Source: Wallemia ichthyophaga EXF-994 | Lineage: Eukaryota; Fungi; Basidiomycota | Direction of reading: 5' to 3' | NCBI RefSeq assembly: GCF_000400465.1 | Contig: NW_008806287.1 | Coordinates: 210,001-242,000, forward strand | Length of the DNA stretch: 32,000 nt | Part shown: positions 1 to 13,204 of the stretch, in pieces | Layout of the letters: each line of letters starts with the position of its first letter | How positions within the stretch are numbered: the first letter of the stretch is position 1 | Made by a program: the position numbers and the translations under genes | Notes under the pieces: generated by a model | Database searches by the model: none | Seen by the model: only the letters and a program-made list of their open reading frames with translations | What the model was told of the DNA's origin: nothing

Positions 1-1531
1 ACCAAACTCCTTAACTTCTCTTCCAGCTTCGTGGGACAGAACTCTTATCTTCTCATGACACTCCTGTCTATCGCCACCCTTTTTGACGATAGCCATGATT
101 ATATTCTCGGTAGCCATGAACGGCAACTCCTGAGCAATTCTTCTTCTGATGATGGCTGGATAGACAACGAGACCTTCACTCACGTTTTGCATGATTGAGA
201 GAAGGATATCCGTAGTGAGGAAAGCAGAAGGCAAGCTGATTCTCCTGATTGCTGAATCATCCAGAGTCCTCTCAAACCACTGTACGGCATTAGTGTTGAG
301 AACGTCCTGCGACAGACTGATCAGGTGTCTAGCGAGCGAACAGGCTCTCTCTGAACGCATTGGATTACGTTTGTACGCCATAGCCGATGAGCCGATCTGG
401 TCCTTTTCGAAAGGTTCTTCGACTTCCTTGAGGTGAGCGAGGAGACGAATATCAGTGGCTATTTTGTGCACCGTCGATCCGAAATTGGAGAGAGCGAGGA
501 CGACGTCATTGTCAATCTTGCGCGAGTACGTCTGAGAGCTGACTGGGTAGGCGTACGGGAAACCGAGGAGTTCAGTGACGCGCTGGTCGAGTGCTTCTAC
601 CTGGAGTGGAGAGTAAGTGATGAGTAATTAGTGAGCGCATAAACAACGCACCTTATCGTGGTCACCGTCAAAGAGAGCGAGGAAAGACGCTTGAGTGCCT
701 GTGGTACCCTTCACACCACGAAAACCAAGGTCATCGCGAGCTCTAGTGAGGTTGCGCAAATCCCAGAGCAGTTCCTGGATAGAGTCAGCGCGTGTATTAA
801 ACCACCAACACCAAAAACACTCACCTGAATCCACAGCGTTGTGCGCTTGCCGACGGTAGTGAGCTGCGCAGGCTGGAAATGGGTGAAACCGAGCGTGGGC
901 AAGTCGCGGAACTTGTCAGCAAAAGCCGAGAATCTGTCGATGGTGATTGCGAGCTTATCGATGACCATATTGAGGCCTTCGCGGAGAAAGATGAGGTCAG
1001 CGTTGCTGTGTGGTGGAGCGGAGAGTGAGACGTAGTTGTAAAAGAGGAAAGTAGACTAACTCAGTAACGAAACATGATGTAGCACCGAGGCTTGAAACCC
1101 ATGTGAGATTGCGAGTTATTCGGAAAATCTGGCTCACTGGATGATACCCGCTGCTGCAGGAGCTACAACGCCGAAAGTGTGGACATGAGCCATGACATCG
1201 TGGCGGCGACGTTTCTCTTCTTCGGCAGCAATCTTCATTTGATCGTCATCGAGGAGAAGATTATCGGACATCTGCTTAATGGCCTCGTCCGAGATGGGCA
1301 AAGCGAGCTCCTTCTCAGCTATGGCTAAATTGAGCCAGAGCTTTCTCCAAGTTTGGAATCTCATCTGTGGATCCTTCGGTTAGAGCGTGAGAGATACTCG
1401 ATCGACGACGCACAGAAGACGAGAAGAGATGGCTCATTTCCTTGGAAGCATAGCGGCTGGCAGCGTCTAAGAAGCCGTACAATACAACAGCAATTTATTC
1501 ACCTTGAAAGCGGCGTTTGATAAGATTCCAT
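1..1531 (-). CDS. ADE13: Adenylosuccinate lyase, 3' end truncated by the window edge; 6 introns
   Basis: Exons 1531-1503, 1456-1414, 1364-1138, 1090-1061, 1005-825, 774-652, 600-<1; all introns GT-AG, 46-55 nt, frame-consistent. Translation [22 protein letters not shown]...[15 protein letters not shown]...[16 protein letters not shown]...[15 protein letters not shown] carries the fumarase/ASL signature. Confidence 0.97.
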
Positions 1532-1684
1532 TGTGATTGTCTTGTTGACAGCGTCGTAAAATACATCATGAAGATATAATTAAGGAAAATCTTCAGCCTG
1601 TTGACAACCACACAAATGATATATACCGTATTCATGTTATATTTGCGTACAACTTGTATTAATAGAATTGAAATTTGTTAAAGC

Positions 1685-2747
<1,063 letters not shown>

Positions 2748-3689
2748 TTTCTATTTGCCTTGTTAGATGGCTTACAGTGTAATCGCTTGTTCGCGCTTAC
2801 ATTTTATTCGTTCGTGGTTGTCCAGAAGCAAGAGTGCGTTGTGGCATTATACGTTTTGAAATAAAAATTGATGACAACATACCCGCCCGTTGGCCATCTC
2901 GCAAGGAGATAAGCGGTGCGGGAGTGCACACAATTCTCCTCTTTCAAATACTCCTATAGCCCTATTCACGGCCCCGATAGGCTTCTATCCGCAATCAACA
3001 AAGCCAGGCCATTGAAAACTGATTTGTATATATAAGAATCATTTCCTTCTTAACATTTTGCACTCCCGTCGGCAATGTATATTTAACCATCCTCGTGCTT
3101 AGGGTTATGCACTAGATACCGCCGGGGTAATCATGTAAGCAGGTGAGTAGATATTTTCAAACAAAGTTGCATCCTCTTCATCTAGCTTACTCCGGCGGCT
3201 TTCGGGTGTTCTAGGTAAGCTACTGAAAAACTTCGATAGAATTCCAAAACAATCGTAAAAAGGCGTCACTGGAAAAACTTCATGTTCACACGTTGGGGTT
3301 ATAGACGAGTACAAGTGGAAAAGCTCACTCCTCGGGAGACTTTTGTCTTCTTCGCAGTCTTAAAATGAGTTGTTGAGGACTTTTAGTTGAAACTACTTGC
3401 CAAGGCTATCTTGGAGGCTGATCTTACATTATGGGTTTTGGCTATCTCGCTATTCGCCTGTTTTCCTCGTTACATATGCGCGCTATTCCTGTCGGTTGCC
3501 TTACTCCACGCTCACTCCTCTAACCCACCCCTACAGAACCTGGCCGATCCGTGGTGTATGAACAATGTTATGATATTAAAAAGACATGATGAAACTACGT
3601 GGCTAATGTTGATAATAGTTGAAAAAAAAATGCTTGAAGCGAATGATTGATTGAATGTGAATGTGAATGTAACTGCTGTTTGTCTCTTT

Positions 3690-6600
3690 TTAAGATGATA
3701 ATTGTGCTCGTCTGTAATATCACGGTTAATAACATCCTTAACGCAAAAACACCCCACTCACTCGAATACTTGCAAATATAAATATCTGTAATCGCGTAAA
3801 TTCCCTGAAATGCGTTTGAGATCTACCGAGTATAGTCCAGGTAAATTCTTAATCTTGGTCAATTTCACATCCAAGACTACTTCACCCCCACTGTCAACTT
3901 GGGTTTCTCCATATACCGTATTGTTGACATCTTCATCATTGGACACATTAGACACTCCAGCAGAAGAACTAAGATTGGTCGATTGAGATGATGATCTCTT
4001 GAACATGAGTAAACTGCGTAATCCACCTGCGCTCGACGATGAAGGTAACAGTTGAGCTTGCGATTGCTGCTGTTGTTGCTTCTTTGAAGGTCTCACACAC
4101 TTCAAATTTACCTGTCCTTCCTTCTTCACTATCAATCCGAGATTCTTAGTAATTACCTTCTTCACTTCTGCCATTACAACTGATGGTGGTAAACCTGTTA
4201 ATGCGTTTTGATCGACGGTACCTGTGTGGGTGTCCATAGCATCTTCAGAAACTGGCTTAATTTGATTTTGCTGTGCTCCACCATTTGCTCCAGCAGTTGA
4301 TGGTCTCGTTTTCAACGTAGCTGGTGGAGGTGTTGATTGAGGGGGTGCTTGAGATGGCGTTTGAGGTGACTGAGAAGGTAAATGTGACGAACTACTCTGT
4401 TGAGCTGCAACAGTAACTGATTGCGTTTGTGATTGAGTTTGTGATTGCGTCTGTGATTGCGTCTGCGTCTGCATCTGCGTTGTTCCTGTCGACTGTACAA
4501 CATCTCCACCAGCCTTAGCCAAGCCTTTATTACGGAACCAATTCATAACAGACTTGGCACGACTAGATGATCCTTTATGCGAATTTACTTGGTTTGATCC
4601 ATCAAATGTCGTGCCAGCGACATTTGTAAAGGTTCCTGAAGGTGGTGATGTGGCTGATATCTGACTCGTCGGTTTGGAAGAGTTTGATGATAAAAATGCT
4701 GCTGATGTTTTACGTTCTCTCTTCGTTGTGTCTTTATTTTCATCGTTTACTTTATATTGGTTTGAAGATTTGCGTTCTTTCGATGAACTTTTACCAAATG
4801 GTTCGACCATCATTGATAGTGCCTTTCTACGACTACTTGCACTTCCACTAACACCACCTGATGTAGGTGATGACTTTTTACCAGAGTCTTTGGAATGTGA
4901 AGAGGCATTACCACCAGACGAACGATTGGACGATAACATTGACTTATTTTCGTCATCGTTTTGTTTATTCATCATTTTGAGTGCACCCGAACTGATAGGT
5001 GGTTTGCTTTGCTTGTTGGTGTTGATGTGGTGAATGCTACTGCTATTCTCCTTATCCTTATCATTCTCTTTGCTGATATCATTGTTATTGGTATCACTGA
5101 CATTGTCAGATGGTTTATCCGTTGAAGCCATGTTTCCGGTTGATAGAGCTTTGTTTGAAGGAGATTTATGAGGCTCGTGAGTCTCATGAGACTCACGAAT
5201 CTCTGTATCCTCACGAGACTCAATATCAGTCTTGACCTTTTTATTGGAAATGTCATGTGATAAAGGTAATGGAACGCTATTAATGATTGCAGGTTGAGCT
5301 AATTGCGCTTCTTCTGCGGCGTTTAATGATGGCGATGGTATTTGATTGTTAGATGGAGGAGTAATTGGTAATTGCTCATTTTTGGATAACTTTGTGGTAT
5401 CAATTTGCGTGGACTTTGTGTTTTGGTTGTCATCCTGTTGATTCTCATACTCAACTTGAATAGTGTGTCTTTGAATATTTGGATTCCTTTTACCAGATGG
5501 GTTATTGTGAGAATGAGATTGAGTGATAGTATCAGGAGCGTCTCTCTTTTTACTTGTAGAATGATCAATTTCATTTTGTTGTTGGTATTCGAGGTACTCA
5601 TTCGCAGCATCTTGATTAGCTCTTTGAAGATAGTCAAAGGGTGACAAAGTTGAAGAGTTTGAAGTTGGTATACCCATAGCAGATTGATGACGTGCACCTT
5701 TTGAAGTCATTGCAGGGAATAGATTAGGATCAGCTTCAGTTTGAGAGCGAATAAGTGAAGGAGATAAAGATTCCGCCTCGAAAGCTTGAAGTTGACGCTT
5801 TTGAGCCAATCGTTTTGCGTTTAAGAGGTCTTGTGAGAGTTGCTCCCATTGAACAACGGATCTATCGAATAAGTGGGAGTAAGATTTCAACCAAGGGTGA
5901 GACATGATTTCTTCAACAGAGCAACGCTTAGTTGGATCAGGAACAAGCATCATTGAGAGTAAATGACGAGCTTGAGGGGAGACAAAGTCAGGAAAAGTGA
6001 GAGGGGTTGAGACAATGTATTTGTAGAGGAGATTGATGTTATCACCTTCAGGGTTTTGAGGGTCATCATCGAAAGGAAGGTAACCAGCTAACATAGCGTA
6101 TAAGATGACACCACAACTCCAAATGTCAACAGCGCTTCCAACGTATAAACCATCAGAGATGACTAATTCAGGAGCAGCGTAGCAAGGGGAACCACAAGAA
6201 GTAGCCATGAGGTCATCTACACGGTGCTCAAAGCGATTAGCGAAGCCAAAGTCAGTGATGATGATATTTCTGCCCCTATCGAGAAGTAAATTTTCCAACT
6301 TTAAGTCACGATGAATAACTTTCTTATTGTGAAGGTAGTGAACGCCGGAGATTAATTGAGCGAACAATCTACAAGCGTCACGTTCTTTGAGGTATTTATG
6401 ACGTAGGATGAAATCGAAGAGTTCACCACCTGGAGCGTACTCGAGGACGATGCCAATGTACTTTTCAGTTTCAATAACATCGTATAATCCAACGATGTGA
6501 GGGTGGTTAACGGATCTCAGAACTAAAATTTCACGTTCAACTTTGGATAATCTTGATTTATCAGAGACGGAGTTTCTTCTAATGAGTTTGACAGCGACTT

Positions 6601-6823
6601 GTTCACCGAATTGAGAGTGGAGACCGAGTTTAACTTTACCGAATTCGCCTTCTCCTGTATTTTGAGGGTTAGAATAGAGTATAATCCAAGTAAATACCAA
6701 CCCACCTAACGTATTCAATAGTAAGTAAGGACCAAAGAATATTTTCTGTCTCCTTGGGTGTAGCTTGAAGTATTCCAAGGCTAAAGGGTGGTTTAGGGAG
6801 TTGTTTAAATTAATTTGTGACAT
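3690..6823 (-). CDS. KIN4: Kin4/Ppk1-like CAMK-family Ser/Thr kinase, about 1010 aa, long low-complexity linker and KA1-like C-terminus; introns 6655-6705 and 3712-3761
   Basis: FGPYLLLNTLG|EGEFGKVKLG, HRDLKLEN, DFGFAN, TSCGSPCYAAPE, LPFDDDPQNPEGDNINLLYKYI. Removing a 51-nt GTGGGT...CTAAC...CAG intron restores GxGxxG. A terminal intron (GA|GTGAGT...CAG) gives the end FERAQLSS*. Confidence 0.9.
4419..4480. repeat. 12-bp minisatellite in kinase CDS encoding (QTQS)n
   Basis: About 4-5 imperfect copies of GATTGCGTYTGT. Confidence 0.8.
5175..5198. repeat. Perfect 24-bp palindrome in kinase CDS
   Basis: TCGTGAGTCTCA|TGAGACTCACGA equals its own reverse complement. Confidence 0.95.
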
Positions 6824-6934
6824 AGATGGACATGGGTGTGAGGATGTGAGAATGGCTTTGTGGGTTGTAATGACAAGGAATTTGAAGGGAATTTGGAATT
6901 TGAAAGGAATGAAAATGTTAAATTAAATTTAAAA

Positions 6935-7528
6935 TTATACTTGAGAAATTAAACCAGATTTTATATTAAATAAGAGACTATGTTTTCATCAATTGACTTG
7001 AATAATTCAAGTATGACAGTTGACTTACCCTTTGACTTGAATTGAATCATCATTCAAGTAATTTACAAGGTTGTTCCTATTAAATTGGATGTTTTCAATA
7101 ATCAATTCCTCAGTAGATAAATCCTTATCAAGTGATCTACAGTGGTTAATGAAAGGACTTAACCACTGCCCAATTGGACTATTGAGATCCATCATCTGTC
7201 CATCTAATACACTTTTGCTAGCTGCAATTCCTCCACACCCTGTATGTCCACATAACGCTATTTCCTTTATTTGAAGCTGCTTTGTTGCATAATCAACAAC
7301 AGCTTTAGCAGATGTATCATTGGTATTAAACTGATTTGCAATATTCCTATGCGTGAATACTTGTCCTAATTCACTGTCTAAAATTGTACCTTCTGTACAC
7401 CTACTATCACTACAACCAATAAATAAAACTCCAGGCCATTGACCTTTCTCGCAATTCTTTAGTATTTCCGGATTTATATTTTTTGCCCAGTTTTTGTTCT
7501 TTGATAGCAGTTTTGTGATATTGGACAT
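6935..7528 (-). CDS. NCE103: Beta-class carbonic anhydrase (Nce103/Can2-like), 180 aa, 1 intron (6978-7028)
   Basis: Zn-ligand motifs IGCSDSR and CGHTGCGG, plus HRNIANQF. First ATG at 7528 (MSNITKLL). A GTAAGT...TAG intron joins to KGLLFNIKSGLISQV*, matching the usual beta-CA C-terminal strand. Confidence 0.92.
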
Positions 7529-7712
7529 TGATGAGTTGGGGAAGGGAAGGAAGATGGGGAGATGACTGAGTAAATCCAATCACGGTATCATACCATTATA
7601 AAAACAATTAAATAGATTTATCAAAGTTAAAAGTAATTTTAACAATTTTCATATTAAACATACTTGACATATCTCTTGCCATCACCACCACGACGAAGAA
7701 TAAAAATAAAAA

Positions 7713-10128
7713 ATGAGCACACGGAAACAATCAAATGTTAAAATAATTAAAGAATTATTCCCACACTGGAATGAAGACGATTTAGATCAAGTTTTAATTG
7801 ACGTTAACGGTGTACTTGAATCTGCGGTTGCTAGAATTTCTGAAGGCCACGCTTCTCAATTCTCAACGGTACAATCAAAGAAGGAGAAGAAGGCTGCGGC
7901 TCCGAGCGTACCAACAACTACACCACCTGCTCCTTCAAAACCCAAGTCTAGCACGCCCAAACAACCTCGCAACACCAACAATCAAAGTTCTCGAGGTCAA
8001 CCCGCTACTAGAGGGTCCTTCAACCCTCCACGTGGCCCAAGAGGTGGTTCTGCTAGATCAAGTACACGTCATTCAACTACTCCTGCTAAGTCTACTCCTT
8101 CAAACTCAACTACTCCGGCGAAATGGTCTGATCCTTCAACTAGTAGTGAGCAAGGCGTGGTCAATAGCACGGCAACAGGAACAGGTACAGGCACAAGCAC
8201 AACTACAACCAATCAACTCCCATCCTCTCAACCCTCCTCCTCCGCTGCTCTAAGATCCTGGGCTCAAATCGCCAAACCTCCTTCTCCAAAGCCCGAAACT
8301 ATCGTCGAAACCGTCGGTGAATCCGTCGTTCAACCCGATCCTATTAAACAGCAAGAACTCGACCAAGAAAACCACGATCACGACCTTGTCCACGATCATG
8401 TCCAAGTACAAGTACAATCTCAACCAAACCCTCCAGCTCAACCACATCAAGATTCTCAATTCAATTCCACCTCCTTGTCTCAACCTTCCGAAAATTTGTC
8501 TTGGGATCAACCTACTACTGCTTGGAATAATTCAGATTCCGTTTGGCCATCCGATTCCACTCCAACTTGGGATGACTCTAAACCTTCCGAACAATCCCCT
8601 GTCAAACAATCACAAGACTCTTCAAAATCCACTCAACAAACAAACTCTTCTGCTCCTCCTGGCTTTGGAGCTCCTCCAAAACCAAACTCTAGAGCTGCTC
8701 AACGTGCTAGGCAAGACGCTGCTGTTGTTATGCCAGGTGCTTCCGATAACAAATCTCTTGGAAATGCTATTGGCGTTCAATTTGGTAGCTTATCCTTGTT
8801 AGATAACGGTGCTGGTGGTCCTGGTCCTGGTCCTGGTGGATATGAGGAACAACCTGATCAATCAGAGCAATTAAAGGCTACTCAACCTCAACAAGATTCT
8901 GTTTCTATTAATCAACCTGAGCCTTCTTCTGCTTCTGTAGCTGTACCTGCTCCTGCTCCTGCTCCTTCACAACCATCTCAACCCGTTCAACCTGTCACTC
9001 AACAACCAACTACTCAACAATCTGAAATTTCTGCATACACCTCTCAACAACCACAGCAAGACGTCTACGGTCAATACTTCCAACAACCTCAACAGCAACC
9101 TTCAATTCAACCAACTGAACCAACTCAACCACATCAACCCGTTTCTTCGCAAGCTATTCCTCCTCAATTCCAACAATACAACCAAACTGTTACTCCAACC
9201 CCAGACGCATACTCTAACGTTTTCTCCAACTTAGCTGCTCAGCCAGGTCAATTAGGTGGTGGTGCTTTTGGTCAGCAAACTCAAAACGATTATGCTGCTC
9301 TTTACAACGACCAAGCCCAAAGGGTGAGTGCGTTTTTTTGTCATTAGTTATTTTGCTAACGTTTCATAGGACTTTGCTCTTCAGCAGGCAAACTACTACG
9401 GTCAACAACAACCATCCAGCTTCGGTAGACAAATTGGCCAAGAAGACACAAAGTCAGTCCCAACACCTTCAATCAACCAAGCAAGCACCCCATCAATCTC
9501 CTCTCAACAAACTGCATCAGGTTATCCCGGCATCACCGCCCCAATGCCATACTACTTTAACCCATATGCAGCAGCATACGGAGCACCAAATGCTGCAGCA
9601 TTCTATGGTCAAGCAGCTGCTAGTCCATATGCACAATTTGCTGCCAAGTACCCAATGTACCCAGGACCACAACCAGGCACAGGATTTCAACAGCCATCGC
9701 AACCCAAGCCAAGTGGAGCAGCAAGCGCGAGTGGAGCAGCAGCAACTCAATCACCATATGTTCAACACGCAGCAGCAACCGCGACGAACAATGTAGCATC
9801 GCCATCGCCATATCCATCGTACGACTCAGCGAATGCATACGACAGCTTCTTGAACCAGTCGCTGCAGAATGCTGGTAGTCCTGCAATCAGTCATCAAGAG
9901 AAGCAGCAACAGCAGCAGCAGCAGCACGCGCCAAAGAGTCAACAACCTCAACAGCAACATCAACAACACCAACATCAACAACACCCTCAACACCCTCAAC
10001 AACAGCCTTACAACGCTTTCGGTAGCGCGTATCAGGCTCCTCCTCTCTTCCAAACACCTAGCTTCTCCCACTACCAAGGGTACGGCGGATGGCAGGCGCA
10101 GCAGAGATATGGACAGGGCTATCCATAA
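7713..10128 (+). CDS. DEF1: RNA polymerase II degradation factor Def1-like, N-terminal CUE domain and P/Q/S-rich C-terminus, 789 aa, 1 intron (9324-9369)
   Basis: N-terminal IKELFPHWNEDDLDQVLIDVNGVLESAVARISEGHASQF resembles the Def1 CUE domain. A GTGAGT...CTAAC...TAG intron joins ORFs 7713 and 9544 in frame. Confidence 0.85.
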
Positions 10129-10240
10129 GCTGTGCAAAGGTGTAGATGACGTGTGTTAGTCTCAGTGTGTTAAATTATATTGTTTGAATTAAAGAGATTT
10201 TATTAACCAAGACGGAATTTATTTTTCAACTAAAACCGTA

Positions 10241-10573
10241 ATGAACCCATCTACAGCTGGCAGCGAGTATGACAACGCGCGGCAAGAGCTAGCAAACGCC
10301 ATAAAAAAAAAGAAGCAATTCGATAAGCAGCTGAATGTGATTGAGAGTGATATATATACCCATGAGACAAACTACCTTGAAGAAACTAATGTACCGGGCG
10401 GTGGAAATGTAGTACGTGGTTTCGACGGATATCTCAAGCAGACTCCGAATAATTTGATGAGCTCTACGGGCAGTGGCAGACAGTCTACAGCGGGACACAA
10501 ACGATTCGAAGTAACAGACAACCAAAGGATATTCTCCAATTCATCTGACAGTGTAATTTACAAGGATGTTTAA
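10241..10573 (+). CDS. EAF6: NuA4 histone acetyltransferase subunit Eaf6, 110 aa
   Basis: KKKQFDKQLNVIESDIYTHETNYLEET...GNVVRGFDGYLK...RIFSNSS matches the Eaf6/NuA4 family pattern. Confidence 0.9.
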   Translation: MNPSTAGSEYDNARQELANAIKKKKQFDKQLNVIESDIYTHETNYLEETNVPGGGNVVRGFDGYLKQTPNNLMSSTGSGRQSTAGHKRFEVTDNQRIFSNSSDSVIYKDV

Positions 10574-10586
10574 TTTATTTTTGATT

Positions 10587-13096
10587 TTAGTATATATTCC
10601 AACTACTCCGCCATCCCAGGTGCTTATGGCGCGACATAGGACCTTCCATGCCGAAAACGACGCCGCGGAAGTGGTAGAAAGTGAGAAGAGTGTTGAGAGC
10701 GAGTACTGCAAAGACGAACCACTTCACGCCCTCTGACACATTGCGCTTGAAGACAACATGATCGAGCACCAGCGCCAGCACCAAAACTGCAAAGTAGAGT
10801 GCGGGAAGGTAGTGATGAAGATACGTGACGCGGCCCATGATGAGAAAGGGTATGTAATGGAAAACCCATCCGCCAAATGCGACCATACCTACGTAGATAA
10901 AGTGGTCCAGTTCTCCTGCGAGGGGTGTGAGCAATCAATAATGATTTACAGTCCCATTCGGACTTGGACTCACGCTTAGTCACGTCGCGCACACGCCTCC
11001 GTTCGCACACTACATGGTAGCCGCTGATAAGGACGAAGAGCATCACAGCTACACTCGAGCACCACCATACAACGGGGTTGCCGATCAAGTAGTATTTCGT
11101 GTTGTGGTCACTCCACCCATTCATCCTCAACCCGAGACGCAAAAAGGGCCAGTCAGTAGGTTTGCTAGCGAGTATATCTGCCTTGTCGGGGTTAGGGATG
11201 AGAGCGTTATTCGACATCATCATGGCGATGTTGAGATGCCAGAAGTCTTTGAGGAAGTTAGTACGGTAGAGTGATTTCTTGCCCCTGGGTAATCTGTCAT
11301 TCCAGTGTGATTCGACATTCCAATGCGTGTAGTCGTCCCTCACGTCATTCTCCTTGGTGCACGTCACCTCTACCTGCTTGAAACCCCATTCGGGTAGATT
11401 CCTGTTAGCGGCGCGGAGGTAGCACCCGAGGTTGCGGTGTCTGAAGCGTAAGCGGGTGGTGAGTGAGTGTATACGGTCGTGGGGTGTGAGTTTTCCGCGG
11501 AATACATCGTCGACTGGCTCCACTATCCAATTATCATTTGTATCGTCTTCGCGAGAGGCGCTGAATGCAGCCACCTCGTAATCGAGTCGCGACAGTGGTG
11601 CGGGGAGGTCGTGAGCATGTATGTAGCGTGAGTAAGGGACATGTTGGAGACGAATGATGTCGCCTGAATGGAGGAATCGTATTTCATCCTTGTCGCTTCC
11701 TTCATCTTGGCTTAAATCTTCACTCTGTTCACCTCGCTCACCCAGCTCACCCACTTCACCCGCAGATAGTTCACCACGTTCGGCATTCCGGGTTGCCTCG
11801 TCCACCTTCTGCTGCGCGAGCGAAGGCAGTACGTTGAACTGGTTGTTGTCATCCTGGTAATGGTAGCATGTCACTTGACCCTCGAGTGAGCCGAGAGGGA
11901 AGTTCTGCACATGCGAGTGAAGCAGCCCTCCGCCATAGCCCATCTGCTTGAGAGTGACTTTGGATCCGTACGCAATCTCGAGTGGGGATTTGTAGAACTT
12001 GTTGCCTTTCAGGTTGGCCTGGAACAGAGAGGACATTTGCGCATCGCCGCTGCCCGTGTGGTTGAGGATCATGAAGTGTGCCTTGAATGCGGCGACGTAG
12101 ACAGCCACGGGGATGAAGATGAGACATGCGATGCGCGCGAGCCAGTGCTGCGTATACGTCTTCTTGGGAAGGGAGACGTCTCCCAGTTTCTCCCACAGCT
12201 CACTAACCGTGTATAGGCCAACGACGGCTGTGACGAAGAGCCCCACCCACTTGACGCTGCACACGGCGCCGATTGAGAGCCCAGTGAGGATAAGCCACAT
12301 CCACCAGTCGAATCCGAATGGGCTGCGGGTATGTGAGTGGGTTCGTAAGAGTGCAGTCGCATCACACTCACTCGTGCTGCTCGTTGTGGAATTTGGTGAG
12401 GAAGAATACTGTAGTGAAGGTGAAGAAGAGGAGCATACTGTCGAGCAGAATGAATCTGCTGATTGTAGCGAGCGCAGTATCGCATAACACCATTAGCGTT
12501 ACGAGATGACAGCTGCGTTTGCTCAAATGAAGCTCGTTGGCCGTGTACCACGCTAAAGGCACGATAAGCACACCAAAGCTAGCCAAGTAACCCCTAAATA
12601 TGCCGTAGTTGAGTGTGTCTGGGTATGGCTCGCCCGATTTGAACTCGAAGGAGCCATTGTACCCAGACAGCGCACCTGCGAGTCCAACCAACATCTTGCC
12701 AAGCGGCGGGTGGACATCAAAGTAGAAAGACCGCTTCAGATAGTAGCTACCGAATTTACCGAAATGCGCCTCGTCCCAAACAACAGAAGGCTCGTAGTTG
12801 ATCCAGAGGAGACGCGTGAGTGCGCTGAGGAAGGTATAGATGAGCGGGGTAATGTGTGGCTTGAGCTCGTCGCGCGTGGGGATGACATCGGCGCAACGGA
12901 ACCAGCTGCCGTCCTTCCTTGGGCGTGGAGGAGCCACTTGTCTTCTCCTCGACACGAACAAATGTTCCTTATCGGTTTTGTCGTAGGAAGCGGGTGCGGA
13001 TACGTCGCTGCCGCCGAGAGTCTCCAGCTCAACTTGCGGCTTGCGCCTTTTCATCGTCTCGTTCATTTTGTAGAAGCTCGGAAGCTGCTCGTCCAT
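10587..13096 (-). CDS. PMT2: Dolichyl-phosphate-mannose:protein O-mannosyltransferase, PMT2 subfamily, about 800 aa; introns 12323-12371 and 10916-10973
   Basis: VVWDEAHFGKFGSYYLK and YFDVHPPLGKML (PMT2-type DEAH loop), MIR domains, C-terminal GRVTYLHHYLPALYF. First in-frame ATG is 13096; later ATGs are possible. Confidence 0.95.
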
Positions 13097-13204
13097 AGAG
13101 TGATGGTGGTAGACTGTGAGCGACAAGTGGAGGGCCGGGATATTTTGTGATTGCTTGAGATTGTTTGCAACAGGACCAGGTTATTTCCTTGTACTCTCTC
13201 TCTC

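Noticed and set aside
3099-3107. TAACCCTAA (minus strand) as a telomerase RNA template
   Set aside because: A 9-mer is expected about 0.25 times by chance in 32 kb on two strands. No pseudoknot or CR4/5 was recognised, and only about 350 nt separate it from the GAPDH ATG.
3253-3266. GCCTTTTTAC resembling U5 snRNA loop I (minus strand)
   Set aside because: It has five T where the invariant loop has four, a weak stem, and no Sm site downstream.
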